This document shows, piece by piece, positions 30,714 through 41,228 of a DNA stretch of 64,000 nucleotides. A program made the translations under genes and the position numbers. The notes beneath the pieces were generated by a model, which worked only from the letters and a program-made list of their open reading frames with translations, ran no database searches and was not told the DNA's origin. Positions within the stretch are counted from its first letter, which is position 1, and every line of letters begins with the position of its first letter. This stretch comes from an uncultured Gammaproteobacteria bacterium (GTDB taxonomy: Bacteria; Patescibacteriota; Microgenomatia; CAYSOG01): positions 1,824-65,823 of the forward strand of contig CAYSOG010000006.1 in the NCBI GenBank assembly GCA_964432675.1, in the 5' to 3' direction.

Positions 30714-31620
30714 GGAAGCCATAACTACCGGCGAGAAACTGCTGGCGCCAATTTCTAATGAAGCAAGGCTTGAAACAGAATTGCTATTGGCTTTTGTTTT
30801 ACGCCAAGACCGGATAGCATTACTTACCTCATTAGACAAAATACTGGCACCTCGACAACAACAAAAATTTCACGAGCTGCTGCTGCAACGGTTACAGCGC
30901 TTACCGCTTGCCTATATAATTGGCAAAAAAGAATTTTATGGCTTAACATTTACCGTCACAAACGCAGTTTTAATCCCCCGACCCGAAACCGAACTTTTAG
31001 TCGACAGTGTACTTGCTTGGATAAAACAGCAACAAATGCCGGAAAATGGCTGGCATATTGCTGACATTGGCACAGGCAGCGGCGCCATCGCGGTTAGTTT
31101 TGCTTGTCATCTTCCCGACGCCACGATTTTTGCAACGGACGTTTCAACCCGCGCTTTACAAATTGCCAAGAAAAACGCACAAAGGCATCATGTTCTAGGA
31201 AAAATACACTTTTCAAAAGATCAGTTGATGCCTTTACCTTCAGGTTTTACCCTTACAAAAAATGGACCAAAGCAACTACAAGAAAATAAAAATGTTTTTG
31301 GGATGATTGATATTGTTGTTGCAAACCTGCCTTATATTCCGACCAGTCATATCAATGCACTTACCCCGGAAGTTTCTGAACACGAGCCAAGGTTGGCACT
31401 CGATGGCGGTATAGACGGGTTTGTACTCTATAGAAAACTACTAGACCAAATTGCCGATCTTCCACAAAAGCCAAAATTGGTTGCCTTTGAAATAGATAGC
31501 AGTCAAAGCGCCATTGCAAGGCAAGCTGTCTCGAAAGTGCTGAATGGCCATAAATGCACTATTATAAAGGATCTTCAAGGATTAGATAGGATTGTTATGG
31601 TAGAAACAAGAAAAAAATAA
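30703..31620 (+). CDS. prmC: Release factor glutamine methyltransferase
   Basis: [31 protein letters not shown]. Confidence 0.95.
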   Translation: MKIKEAITTGEKLLAPISNEARLETELLLAFVLRQDRIALLTSLDKILAPRQQQKFHELLLQRLQRLPLAYIIGKKEFYGLTFTVTNAVLIPRPETELLVDSVLAWIKQQQMPENGWHIADIGTGSGAIAVSFACHLPDATIFATDVSTRALQIAKKNAQRHHVLGKIHFSKDQLMPLPSGFTLTKNGPKQLQENKNVFGMIDIVVANLPYIPTSHINALTPEVSEHEPRLALDGGIDGFVLYRKLLDQIADLPQKPKLVAFEIDSSQSAIARQAVSKVLNGHKCTIIKDLQGLDRIVMVETRKK

Positions 31621-31653
31621 GGCAGGCGTATTGTTGTACGCCTGCCTAAAAAA
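31612..31653. terminator. Terminator hairpin between convergent genes
   Basis: AGGCAGGCGTA-TTGTTG-TACGCCTGCCT flanked by A-tracts. Confidence 0.75.
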
Positions 31654-31734
31654 TGGACGAATGAAAAGGGTTGCACCCAAAAGAAATAGTAAGCCCAAAG
31701 CCTAAAATGGGCTAACATTTTCAAAAAAGCGACA

Positions 31735-32076
31735 TTAAGCCGTAGCAGCCAATAACTGCGGTTCTGGAGCAGCCAAAAGTTCAGAGAACCGTTTCCAGGC
31801 ACCCAAGGAGGGTGTTGCAGCCAGGCTCATAAGCTGTTTGAACAGTGCCACATAGTCAGCCTTAATCCACACGCCATAATAATCTGGCAACTGATGCCCG
31901 TTGACATTGGTAATTTTGTCTTCAATGTGCATCGGCACAGTCCCAATTGTTTTGATATGCTGCACAGTAAAATCGGGTGACGATTCGAGTTGCACATTTG
32001 TCTGCCAGACATAATGCTCGCCGCCTTCGACGATATCAGGGTAGATCGCACTATAGTCAATCATTTTGTGGCACAT
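31735..32076 (-). CDS. Hypothetical protein (accessory-type insert)
   Basis: 113 aa, AAGGAGGG SD, own promoter TTGAAA-N17-TATACT at 32297-32325. Confidence 0.65.
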   Translation of the reverse strand: MCHKMIDYSAIYPDIVEGGEHYVWQTNVQLESSPDFTVQHIKTIGTVPMHIEDKITNVNGHQLPDYYGVWIKADYVALFKQLMSLAATPSLGAWKRFSELLAAPEPQLLAATA

Positions 32077-32348
32077 TATGCCCTCCTTTTTGTGCTGAAG
32101 CCTACATCTGCGAGGTAATCATGAGCACTGACAAAATTGCCTGAAGCTTATTAGCTGGAATGATATATCGCTCTTTCTCCTATTTAAAGTGCTCGAAAAG
32201 CAGTATGCCTTTTCATCTTCCTTTTACGTATCAGTATACTCTGCATTGCAATAGATTAAAATACCTTCAGGTTATTTTTAATCTACTTCGGTCAATAGTA
32301 TAGCAGAACTATACCTATATTTCAACTACTATGGGATTTCAGTAAGTA

Positions 32349-33539
32349 CTATTGGTTCGGGGCTTCTTGGAGAGTAGCTTGGGTGTCCTGGCTTTGGCCA
32401 CTCCGGTAATACGTAATCGTTATCTTATCGCCTACCTTGTGCTTGCCAACTAATTGGGACAAGGAATTTGAGGAATCGACACCTGTACCATCGACCTTTG
32501 TAATAATATCATCCGGCTTGAGGCCAGCCTTATCGGCAGCACTTCCTGGTACAACATCATTAATATACGCACCCTGTGGTACATTATTTAAGATCGCCGT
32601 TCGCTGGTCAATAAGCGTATTAGACACGCCTAAAAAAGGCTGGCTAAATTGGCCACCTGAATTAAAACGGTTAACCGAATCCTTGACAGTATTAATCGGA
32701 ATAGCAAAACCAATATTTTGGGCGGTTGAAGATGTAGCAACGTTAATGCCAACAACCTTGCCATCAATATCCAAAAGTGGGCCGCCAGAATTCCCTGGGT
32801 TAATAGCGGCGTCGGTTTGGATTAAGTTATCAAGCGTCTCTTGGTAACCACCGAACGGATCACCAGCCTGCACTACCCTACCCAAACCTGATATAACCCC
32901 AGTTGTCACCGTATTATTAAACTGGCCCAAAGCATTCCCAATGGCAATAGCAAACTGGCCAACTTGGATTTGTGATGAATCACCTAATGCTACCGGAGTT
33001 AAATTGGAGGCATTAATTTTAATAATTGCTAAATCGTTTTGTGGGTCGCGATAAATTTTTTGAACATCATATTTCTTACCGTCATTTGTGACAACTTCAA
33101 ATTTTGCATCAGAACCGGCGGCGGCAACAACATGCTTATTAGTGACAATTAATCCGTCACGGGTAAGGACAAAGCCTGTGGCAATACTTTGCTCATTTGG
33201 TGAACCGGAAGCGTTTGGTTGCTGAAAACCAAAGGGCCCAAACAACCGCACTTGCGGTTGGCTTGATTGTAAAACGCTAATTGAAACAACCGAGGGCGAA
33301 ACCGTCTTAACGACGTCAATAACGGCTGATTGCTCATTTACAATTTCCCGCCGAGTTTGTAGCGTTGGCTGTGAAGAACCAGAAAGCTTCATCCAATTTT
33401 GGCCAAGTTTCGTACCCTGAAGGAGTGGGAGTTTTGTAAGGGCAAACCCAACTAAAAGAATGATAATCAACACAACCACAATCGTTGCGGTCTTGTTGGT
33501 ATTTGGCCGTGGTTGAATTATTGTGTCTTCCTTTTCCAT
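32349..33539 (-). CDS. htrA: HtrA/DegP family serine protease with one PDZ domain
   Basis: TM anchor, TNKHVV, DLAI, QTDAAINPGNSGGPL, PDZ. Confidence 0.95.
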   Translation of the reverse strand: MEKEDTIIQPRPNTNKTATIVVVLIIILLVGFALTKLPLLQGTKLGQNWMKLSGSSQPTLQTRREIVNEQSAVIDVVKTVSPSVVSISVLQSSQPQVRLFGPFGFQQPNASGSPNEQSIATGFVLTRDGLIVTNKHVVAAAGSDAKFEVVTNDGKKYDVQKIYRDPQNDLAIIKINASNLTPVALGDSSQIQVGQFAIAIGNALGQFNNTVTTGVISGLGRVVQAGDPFGGYQETLDNLIQTDAAINPGNSGGPLLDIDGKVVGINVATSSTAQNIGFAIPINTVKDSVNRFNSGGQFSQPFLGVSNTLIDQRTAILNNVPQGAYINDVVPGSAADKAGLKPDDIITKVDGTGVDSSNSLSQLVGKHKVGDKITITYYRSGQSQDTQATLQEAPNQ

Positions 33540-33617
33540 GAGTATTTACTGAGTATTTTAGAGAGCAATTCTTAAAAATTGCTGAGAGATCTGAATTGTC
33601 CGTTTTCCCGGAGTGTA

Positions 33618-34952
33618 TTATTTTATCATGGTCTTGACTACTTCTATCGCTTTATCGAGTTGCGGGTCTTTGCCTGCCTTGGTGTCATCGACTGTCATCG
33701 TAACTTCTACGTCTGGCTTTATACCCTTCATGTGTACCCAGTAGTCGTTTGGCATAAGCCAACGTGCTCGTGTAATATGGATGCCACTGCCCTTATCTAA
33801 CTCCTCAACTTCTTGGATAGTCCCCTTGCCAAAGGAGGTTTCCCCCACTAACTTGCCACGATTGTTAGCGGATATAGCACCTGCCAGAATTTCCGCAGCG
33901 GAAGCCGAACCTTTATTAATCAGCACAACAACTGGCACTTGCAATAACTTACCTTGGCGGACCGAGGTAAATACCTTTTTGGAACCATCACTGTTTTCCT
34001 GTTTAACAATTGTCCCGTTCACAAATTCAGAACCGATATAAATCGCCGACTCAAGATATCCACCAGGGTTATCACGCAGGTCTAAAACGATTGCCGAAAC
34101 ATTTGATTTTAAGGCCTGGTCAACAGCATCATCCCATTCACTGTTTGTCTGGTCACCAAACCGCGATAACTTAATATAACCGATATTGCCTTCTTTTTTA
34201 GCAAAGGTCACACTTTTAACGTGTATTTCTTCCCTCGTTAGGTCAACCGTATATGGCTTATCGGCACCGGTCCGGTAGAGTTCAAGGGTAATATGGCTCC
34301 CTTTTGGCCCTCTTATCTTATCAACAGCCTCGGGCAAAGATATACCGTCTGTTGCTTGACCACCGATCTTAGTAATATAGTCACCTGCCAAAATACCGGC
34401 ACGCTTGGCTGGCGTATCATCAAGCGGTGACATAACGACAAGGTTGTTATCTTTATATCCAAGTTCAATACCCACACCCTCAAAGTTACCGCCTAAGTCA
34501 TCCTTTGCCTGTTTGTTCTGGTCGGGGCTTAGGAAAGTTGTATACGGGTCGCCCAGCGAAGAAACCATGCCCGAAATTGCGCCATACATCATTTTTTGGG
34601 CATTAACTTTGGACTTATCAAAGTAGGTGTTTGCTAAAAGGTCCCAAACTTCCCAGAATTCCGAAAAATCAACTTGGCTTGATATATGGCTTGGGGTAGT
34701 GCGGTTTTTGACATCATTCGAACCTACAATATTTGGGTATGCCCCTGCCGAACTCGGATGCTGCTGCCCGTACCGCACACCCGAACCAAATGACAATATC
34801 ACAATCACAATCAGCATACTAATACCGACAACCCGGCTCGTGGTAAATCGCCAAATATTACCAAAGAAAGTCTTGGGTGAGCCCTGCTGCAAAGGCACTG
34901 TTTCTGGTGTGGAAGATGCAATCGGATTTGGATTATTGTTTGTAATTTCCAT
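33618..34952 (-). CDS. ctpA: S41 family carboxyl-terminal processing protease
   Basis: LGDPYT, FEGVGI, LDLRDNPGG, SASAAEI, GETSFGKG; start MEITN. Confidence 0.93.
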   Translation of the reverse strand: MEITNNNPNPIASSTPETVPLQQGSPKTFFGNIWRFTTSRVVGISMLIVIVILSFGSGVRYGQQHPSSAGAYPNIVGSNDVKNRTTPSHISSQVDFSEFWEVWDLLANTYFDKSKVNAQKMMYGAISGMVSSLGDPYTTFLSPDQNKQAKDDLGGNFEGVGIELGYKDNNLVVMSPLDDTPAKRAGILAGDYITKIGGQATDGISLPEAVDKIRGPKGSHITLELYRTGADKPYTVDLTREEIHVKSVTFAKKEGNIGYIKLSRFGDQTNSEWDDAVDQALKSNVSAIVLDLRDNPGGYLESAIYIGSEFVNGTIVKQENSDGSKKVFTSVRQGKLLQVPVVVLINKGSASAAEILAGAISANNRGKLVGETSFGKGTIQEVEELDKGSGIHITRARWLMPNDYWVHMKGIKPDVEVTMTVDDTKAGKDPQLDKAIEVVKTMIK

Positions 34953-34968
34953 CTTTTTTAATAGTGTT

Positions 34969-36171
34969 TTACGATATTGCCTCAAGATTTTGTAACGGTA
35001 CTGTTAATTCTTGCATTGTGGTGGACTTTTTTTCAACTGCCGCTGCCTCTGTGGCCTGGCTTTTTTCAGCATTAAGAACAACTGTCGCTGTATATGCATT
35101 TATACCCGAACCCAAAAGTTCTTGGCGCGTGGAAATCTTTTTAATTTTTCCTGTTTTCCCAAAAGTATTCGCTTCAAGTATTCTAACTAAAAGGCCAGGG
35201 CTTGCTTCTACTGTTGCTGCTGCTTTGACCGTCTGTGCCTGCAGTTTCGCCGCAGCAACAAGTTCTTGCTGCTGAATAGGAATGGTTAAACTTGCTGCGT
35301 TCCCATCGATTATAGCATACCGGCCATTATAAGTTGAAAGCATTGCAAAGTGCTCAAGTCCAATACTAACAGTACCAAAACCTTCGGTGACAATAATAGA
35401 TGTACCAACATCGGTAGCCTGTGTTTCTTGTGGCACTTTCATGCCCATGGCTGCAGCATCGCGCAAGTGGATACCGCCTGTTATTATCCCGCTCGCATGA
35501 AGCATGATCGCTTTTTCCAGTACACCATGGTCGACCAAAGAACCGCCGACAATAATACTGTTTTCCAGTCTCTCATCCATTTTTTGGGGTAATAAGAAAT
35601 CTGAGGCTTCGCAGGCCAACGTGATCCGGCCTTGGCGCTTCTTACCTGACCCCATAACACCATACAGCACAGCCACTTGCGTTTCGATGACAACCGTAAC
35701 TTGGCCTTTAGCAAGCGCCGTATCTTCCGTAACCGCAGCGTGTTTGGTCGTATTTTTGTTAATAGCTTTAACAACGCCCCAATAAAGTGATGACTGGGTC
35801 ATGTGCTGCGGAAACATCCTAATCATGACGTCGCCGTTGTCGTCTATTGATTCGATAATACCATCAATTGGCGCTTTAAATACTTGGTGTTTTAACGAAA
35901 AGAACGTCGATTGTTTGGCAATAATCTCGCCGGTAAATACTTTATCACCCACCTGTTTTTTGATAGCCTTTTTAAATGCGCTACCTTTGGCATGGATACT
36001 ATCACCAACATGGAATATTCGAAATCCCCAGGATACATCGTAATCCGCCAAGACCGTTTCAGGTACAACCGCTTGGCCTACACTGACATGGATCTTCGCA
36101 GAATCCGGAAAATCATATTTAACCGTCTCTTTTTCTTTATATAAAATATCTTGGCGGAGTGGAATTTTCAT
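34969..36171 (-). CDS. Hypothetical protein with barrel-sandwich-hybrid repeats and a C-terminal KOW-like motif
   Basis: VSVGQAV, KQVGDKVFTGEIIA, KAPIDGII, GIITGGI, IIVTEGFG, VRILEANTFGKTGKI, VPLQNLE. Confidence 0.7.
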   Translation of the reverse strand: MKIPLRQDILYKEKETVKYDFPDSAKIHVSVGQAVVPETVLADYDVSWGFRIFHVGDSIHAKGSAFKKAIKKQVGDKVFTGEIIAKQSTFFSLKHQVFKAPIDGIIESIDDNGDVMIRMFPQHMTQSSLYWGVVKAINKNTTKHAAVTEDTALAKGQVTVVIETQVAVLYGVMGSGKKRQGRITLACEASDFLLPQKMDERLENSIIVGGSLVDHGVLEKAIMLHASGIITGGIHLRDAAAMGMKVPQETQATDVGTSIIVTEGFGTVSIGLEHFAMLSTYNGRYAIIDGNAASLTIPIQQQELVAAAKLQAQTVKAAATVEASPGLLVRILEANTFGKTGKIKKISTRQELLGSGINAYTATVVLNAEKSQATEAAAVEKKSTTMQELTVPLQNLEAIS

Positions 36172-36935
36172 GCTGATTTTTCACCTCGTGGTTGCTCGTC
36201 TTCTATTGTTTTAATCCATGCTGAAACCCGTGCCTTGCCTTGGTCGGTTGGCTGTGGCTTTGCAAATGGCCTACCTCGAGTATCAACCACCATGCCAATT
36301 TCGCCAAAGACCACACTCATGTTGCCTTTTTGTTTCCGGTTAAGGGTTGCTTTACTAAATGAAAATTCGATTTGGGCTTCCTTACCGCTTTGGCCAGCAA
36401 CCCAATGAAGTGTATCCGGTTTTAATGGGACGGTTTGTTTTTCACCGGTTATGAACTGTACTGTCAGTGCATCGTGCGCCATATCCTCATTCCCGTGAAG
36501 CTCACCTTCAATGCACAGGGCTAAACCTAAGTAAACTGTACTATTACCCTGTCGCCTAAAAAATTGGGTAGTGGAAGGCTCAAGGCCATCGAGTGCCACT
36601 AGCACCGCTTCGCGAGCATTTTTGGCGTAGTGAAATATGTGGGGTTCGATAATAATACCTTCGTTTTCAACTGTCACTAAATCGGGAAGTACAAGGGATT
36701 GCGATAAAACGCCTTTATCACCAGTGCCATTCACTTCTTTTGTGCTTGATTGGTTAAGTGACTGACGCAAAGCTGCACGAAGTATGGCGAGGTCAAGCAG
36801 TCGATATTCGTTTGTATTGGGTATGGTATTTGGAAAAAGGGCTTGGTTACCAAAATAATCCTCAATGAAAAATGGTGACGAGGAAAACGGCAGCCAGCAG
36901 GCAATTTCTTCAGCTGGGATGTAGGAAAACTTCAT
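36168..36935 (-). CDS. Protein resembling the C-terminal part of glutamate mutase L (GlmL/MutL)-family proteins
   Basis: IACWLPF..DYFGNQALFP, LVALDGLEP, C-terminal GEIGMVVDTRGRP. Confidence 0.5.
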   Translation of the reverse strand: MKFSYIPAEEIACWLPFSSSPFFIEDYFGNQALFPNTIPNTNEYRLLDLAILRAALRQSLNQSSTKEVNGTGDKGVLSQSLVLPDLVTVENEGIIIEPHIFHYAKNAREAVLVALDGLEPSTTQFFRRQGNSTVYLGLALCIEGELHGNEDMAHDALTVQFITGEKQTVPLKPDTLHWVAGQSGKEAQIEFSFSKATLNRKQKGNMSVVFGEIGMVVDTRGRPFAKPQPTDQGKARVSAWIKTIEDEQPRGEKSA

Positions 36936-37027
36936 GTACTTCTAGTATACTATGGCCCGCGTTAATGTGTGCAATGCCGATTGACAATTGTCGTTGCGTG
37001 CCAGATGGAAAATCCGCTATCGAAAGC

Positions 37028-37264
37028 TTAAATCCTGGAAGTATACGGCAAAAGCGCCAGAAATCGGGCGCGTTTAAGCGCAGTTGTTAATTGGCGCTGG
37101 TGGCGGGTACAAGTACCCGTACGTTGTGAACCAATAATTTTGCCACGCTCAGATAAAAACCGTTTCAAACGCACAGCGTCTTTATAGTCCGGCAAAATAC
37201 CCTCAGTGCAAAACATACACACCCTATTGCGCAAAACTCGTTTTGTATTAGCTTTTCTAATCAT
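37028..37264 (-). CDS. rpsR: 30S ribosomal protein S18
   Basis: [34 protein letters not shown]. Confidence 0.96.
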   Translation of the reverse strand: MIRKANTKRVLRNRVCMFCTEGILPDYKDAVRLKRFLSERGKIIGSQRTGTCTRHQRQLTTALKRARFLALLPYTSRI

Positions 37265-37359
37265 AATAATAAATCTCAAAGGTCAAAAGTACAGATCAAA
37301 GTTATTGCCCATTCACTCTTCCGTTAACTGGCAAATAGTGTTTCCCCTTTCCGTTTTCT

Positions 37360-37899
37360 TTAGAACGGAATGTCGAGGTCGTCGATATCGATGTCTTCGA
37401 CTTTTTTAGGTTCTTCTTTCTCACCTGCTTCGTCTGTTTTTTCTTCTTTCTTCACCGCTTTTTTCTTGTCTTCCACCTTGGCCTTGGCTGGTTCTTCTTG
37501 GCTTTGGGCAACATCATCGGCAAATGATTTATCTGCCATCTCGGCCAAATCAGCAGTTTCCCCAGATTTTGGCGACAAGATCATCATGTCTTCGATAACA
37601 ATCTCGGTTGTTGAACGCGGTTGACCATCGGGCGTTTGCCAGCTGCGGGTTTGCAATCGGCCTTCAATGTGAATTTTCGTGCCTTTTTTCAATAATTGCG
37701 AACACAACTCGGCCAATTTATTCCAGGCAACCAAACGGTGGAATTCTGTTTCCTCCCGCTTTTCACCGTCTGTAACATACGTTCGGTTTGTAGCAAGACC
37801 GATCGAACAAACCGGCGTACCGCTTGGCGTATAGCGCAATTCAGGATCACGCGTTAAGTTACCGATCAAAAATACTTTATTTAAAGAACGTGAAGCCAT
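37360..37899 (-). CDS. ssb: Single-stranded DNA-binding protein
   Basis: LNKVFLIGNLTRDPELRYTPSG, acidic tail DDLDIPF. Confidence 0.98.
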   Translation of the reverse strand: MASRSLNKVFLIGNLTRDPELRYTPSGTPVCSIGLATNRTYVTDGEKREETEFHRLVAWNKLAELCSQLLKKGTKIHIEGRLQTRSWQTPDGQPRSTTEIVIEDMMILSPKSGETADLAEMADKSFADDVAQSQEEPAKAKVEDKKKAVKKEEKTDEAGEKEEPKKVEDIDIDDLDIPF

Positions 37900-37949
37900 A
37901 TCGTAAGTCCCCTTTCATATCTCCTCGGCCATTAGCCGAGTACGGCAAA

Positions 37950-38309
37950 CTATATATTGGTAACGCTTGGTACAGTTGCTGCCGTTGGCCGCTGCCCAAA
38001 CCCTTTGGCTTTCTTAATCTTGCGCTTTAATTGTCGCGTGATTAGATGCCGAACAATTGTCGGGTCAATCTTTAACTTATTTTCTAGTATTAAAATAGCG
38101 GTGGGATCGGCTTGAAAATATAAGAGGTAATAAACTCCACTTGTCTTTTTCTTGATTGGAAAAGCGAAATCACGCTTGCCCCAAACTTCAAGTTCACCTG
38201 GTTCGCCTTTTTGGGCTTCAACCAGAGCCTTAACGCTTGCGACGGCTTTTTCCCGCTTCTCTTCTGACAAATCGGCGTCAACAATAAATGCCAACTCATA
38301 ACCTTGCAT
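37950..38309 (-). CDS. rpsF: 30S ribosomal protein S6
   Basis: YELAFIV, WGKRDFAFPIKK, rpsF-ssb-rpsR synteny. Confidence 0.95.
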   Translation of the reverse strand: MQGYELAFIVDADLSEEKREKAVASVKALVEAQKGEPGELEVWGKRDFAFPIKKKTSGVYYLLYFQADPTAILILENKLKIDPTIVRHLITRQLKRKIKKAKGFGQRPTAATVPSVTNI

Positions 38310-38562
38310 AATTTTGTCCTTTCCTGTCATGTACCATGGACGCTACTCAAAGCGGCCATATAGATATAGGTACATCGAACTATTTGGCATTGTAAACTAT
38401 TTTTGGCAGTTTTGCAAGGCCAAGTACAAGTGTGCAATATTATAGATCTCGCTACTGTATCGGGATAATCTCCCTCTCAAAGTAATGCAGCCCACTACCA
38501 CAATTGAAATAGGCCAAAGTGGATTTTTGTGTTTTTTTGAAAAACGTTACCAGACCCTATAG

Positions 38563-38591
38563 TTGATTTCAAGCTGGTGCGAGTGTAAAAT
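38563..38591 (+). promoter_or_regulatory. Sigma70-type promoter of the paralog cluster
   Basis: TTGATT-N17-TAAAAT preceded by CCTATAG; followed by a hairpin and GCACATTTCA. Confidence 0.6.
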
Positions 38592-38655
38592 GGCCAACAG
38601 AATTAGGTAAACGATTAATCGTTTACCAGCACATTTCATTTATGGAGTTTCTCAA

Positions 38656-38988
38656 ATGTCTGGTACGTTGCAACGCATTATCCAAGCTCCGAATCGTAGG
38701 GTTGAACTTAAGGCGTTTGCCGGTTTCCCTAATGCTATTGAACTTAATTGCTATCGGTATGTCATTTCAAAAGCTGTTCGTTTTTGGACAGACTGGCAAC
38801 ATCTCGACTACACACTCATTGAATTTCCCAATGGCAACGATCCTAATTGGGACGAGACAGCAATAAGAATACGCAATATGCTGACAAGGTCATATGGTGT
38901 AGGCGCTTCCACCACTCGGTTATTCAACCGTATTATGGAAGCACTCCACCACTCAGAAGACCTCTTCGAGAATAAGGCGTCATCGTGA
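38656..38988 (+). CDS. Unknown protein, tandem paralog 1
   Basis: Shares RxIQxP, LxCY, WxDW, EFPxxxxPxW, NRxxxxLxxSxDL with the next two ORFs. Confidence 0.85.
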   Translation: MSGTLQRIIQAPNRRVELKAFAGFPNAIELNCYRYVISKAVRFWTDWQHLDYTLIEFPNGNDPNWDETAIRIRNMLTRSYGVGASTTRLFNRIMEALHHSEDLFENKASS

Positions 38989-39338
38989 TCGACCACTTTT
39001 CAAAGACCGACCCAAAGAGTACTATTGTTAAGCGAACTATCCAAAGTCCATATTGCAAGGTCCAGCTGCAATTGCATCCGAACGTTGAAAATACGCTGGT
39101 ACTCTATTGTTATCGTACTACCTGGGGCTTAAAAACGAATTGGGAAGATTGGACGCTTGCAGACCAGTTACTCGTAGAATTTCCCGATGGACAAGATCCA
39201 AACTGGGCTATTGTTGCAGTTAATGTCCGAAAAATGGTCAGCAATGCCATAACAACTACAATATCAGTCTCACGCATTACCAATCGAGTTATGAAAGCCC
39301 TCCGCAGTTCCCAAGATCTCATAGAGAAACGGGTATAA
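38985..39338 (+). CDS. Unknown protein, tandem paralog 2
   Basis: Same motifs; GTGA overlap with paralog 1. Confidence 0.85.
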   Translation: MIDHFSKTDPKSTIVKRTIQSPYCKVQLQLHPNVENTLVLYCYRTTWGLKTNWEDWTLADQLLVEFPDGQDPNWAIVAVNVRKMVSNAITTTISVSRITNRVMKALRSSQDLIEKRV

Positions 39339-39369
39339 ACCTGACGATTGCTTTGCAAAGGAGTGTACT

Positions 39370-39711
39370 GTGGGAACAAATACCCAGCGTATTGTCCAAA
39401 ATCCCTATTACAAAGTCGAGCTTCAACGTGCTCACCTTCAAAACGCTCGCGGTGATGGATATGATATCGCGATTCAGCTTAAGTGCTACAAAACTGTACC
39501 ACCTTATAGTACGGGACAACCCTGGAAAGATTGGGAACTCATGTCATTGGAGTATATAGAATTTCCTAATGACAATGAGCCTGACTGGGACCACATCGTA
39601 CCGGATGTACAACGTGGACTTCATTTTCAGCTTAGAAAAAATGCCGCTACAACACGCTTTATCAATCGTGTTATAAGTACCCTTCGCAATTCCCAAGACC
39701 TTATCGCATGA
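39370..39711 (+). CDS. Unknown protein, tandem paralog 3
   Basis: Same motifs; AAGGAG SD with GTG start. Confidence 0.85.
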   Translation: MGTNTQRIVQNPYYKVELQRAHLQNARGDGYDIAIQLKCYKTVPPYSTGQPWKDWELMSLEYIEFPNDNEPDWDHIVPDVQRGLHFQLRKNAATTRFINRVISTLRNSQDLIA

Positions 39712-39745
39712 ATATCCTGTCCAAACGCGCGAAAAGGAGAAGGTA

Positions 39746-40042
39746 ATGGATATACGGTTGGAAATAAAGCCCAATAAAGCAAGTGCTGACATTAATAAAC
39801 TCAGCGATACAATTGACGAGGGAAATTTTGACGCAGTCGTTGTTAGCGTGGATGATGACGAGAATACGTCTACGCTAGTCTTTAAGCAAGGTACAAATGG
39901 CACATACACTGTCGAAGTTTATGCGCGTGCTGCAGAATGGACCCTTACCGTCATTAAAGCGCTCATCGGTTTTTACGGTTTTGACATTGTCTCAGAGGCC
40001 GAATTTGACTTCTTAGATGGGAAACAATCACCAAATCTTTAA
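39746..40042 (+). CDS. Acidic hypothetical protein
   Basis: 98 aa, AAGGAG SD, followed by a terminator. Confidence 0.75.
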   Translation: MDIRLEIKPNKASADINKLSDTIDEGNFDAVVVSVDDDENTSTLVFKQGTNGTYTVEVYARAAEWTLTVIKALIGFYGFDIVSEAEFDFLDGKQSPNL

Positions 40043-40052
40043 GGTTTCATTT

Positions 40053-40096
40053 CGCGCCACGTTCATGCACTTGTGTACTGAACGTGGCGCTTTTTT
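40053..40096 (+). terminator. Intrinsic terminator
   Basis: GCGCCACGTTCA...TGAACGTGGCGC followed by T6. Confidence 0.8.
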
Positions 40097-41138
40097 ATGC
40101 GCCAACTTTAAATTCAACGACATCGCCATCGTGCATTACATAATCCTTCCCTTCCATTCTGGCTTTGCCTTTTTCCCGAGCCTGCTTCCAACCGCCGAGT
40201 TGGACAAAATCTGCATAGTCGACCACTTCTGCCTTAATAAATTTTTGTTCGAAATCGGTGTGGATGATGCCCGCAGCTTGTGGTGCTTTGGTCCCGCGCT
40301 TAATAGTCCAAGCCCGTGTTTCTTTTTCGCCTGTTGTTAAAAAGCTAATCAGTCCTAAAACTTCATAACCCCTTTTGATTAACTTCTCCAACCCGCTTTG
40401 TTTTAGTCCATATTCGGCCATAAATGCTTCGGCGTCTTCTTTTGCCATTGAGGCTATTTCGGCCTCAATCTTAGCCGATATAAATACCATATCAGCATTA
40501 TCATGTTTGCTTATAACATCATTTTCATCAACATTCATAACAACAATTTTGGGTTTGATCGTTAGAAGATTTAATTCACGTATAAGGTCCTTTTCCTCAT
40601 CAGACAATGATAAATCGCGGACAGGTACCCCCCTATAGAGCCCGTCTATTACTTTGTCAATTGTCTCTTTTTGATTTTTTATTTGTAATTTTGATTTTTG
40701 CTGTCTGATTTTTGCATTTTCTGTTGTTTGCATGTCTGCTAGGACAAGCTCAGTATCTATCGTCTCGACATCAGATTCAGGATTTTCGCCGGTTTGAATA
40801 ACGTTAGTGTCAGAAAAAGCTCTAACAACATGGACAATGGCATCGCATTCACGAATATTAGCTAAAAATTGGTTTCCCAAACCTTCGCCTTGGTGGGCGT
40901 TTTTGACCAACCCCGCAATATCAATAAACTTCACCACCGCCGGTACGATTTTTTGAGAACTAGATAGATTAGCAAGGACTGCGAGGCGCTTGTCCGGCAC
41001 CTCAACCACCCCAATGTTCGGGTCAATTGTCGTAAACGGATAATTCGACGCCTGCGCCACCTGCTTCTTCAAAAGCGCGTTAAACAACGTCGACTTCCCC
41101 ACATTCGGCAACCCAACAATACCTATTGATAAGTTCAT
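40095..41138 (-). CDS. ychF: Redox-regulated ATPase YchF
   Basis: GIVGLPNVGKSTLFN, NYPFTTIDPN, DIAGLV, TGS domain; start MNLSIG. Confidence 0.97.
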   Translation of the reverse strand: MNLSIGIVGLPNVGKSTLFNALLKKQVAQASNYPFTTIDPNIGVVEVPDKRLAVLANLSSSQKIVPAVVKFIDIAGLVKNAHQGEGLGNQFLANIRECDAIVHVVRAFSDTNVIQTGENPESDVETIDTELVLADMQTTENAKIRQQKSKLQIKNQKETIDKVIDGLYRGVPVRDLSLSDEEKDLIRELNLLTIKPKIVVMNVDENDVISKHDNADMVFISAKIEAEIASMAKEDAEAFMAEYGLKQSGLEKLIKRGYEVLGLISFLTTGEKETRAWTIKRGTKAPQAAGIIHTDFEQKFIKAEVVDYADFVQLGGWKQAREKGKARMEGKDYVMHDGDVVEFKVGA

Positions 41139-41228
41139 ATTGTGCAATTGTACCAAATTTTGATCGAAAATAACCTACAAACCTGTATATATTTACACAT
41201 ACCAGAAATTCTGATACCATACAAACCT

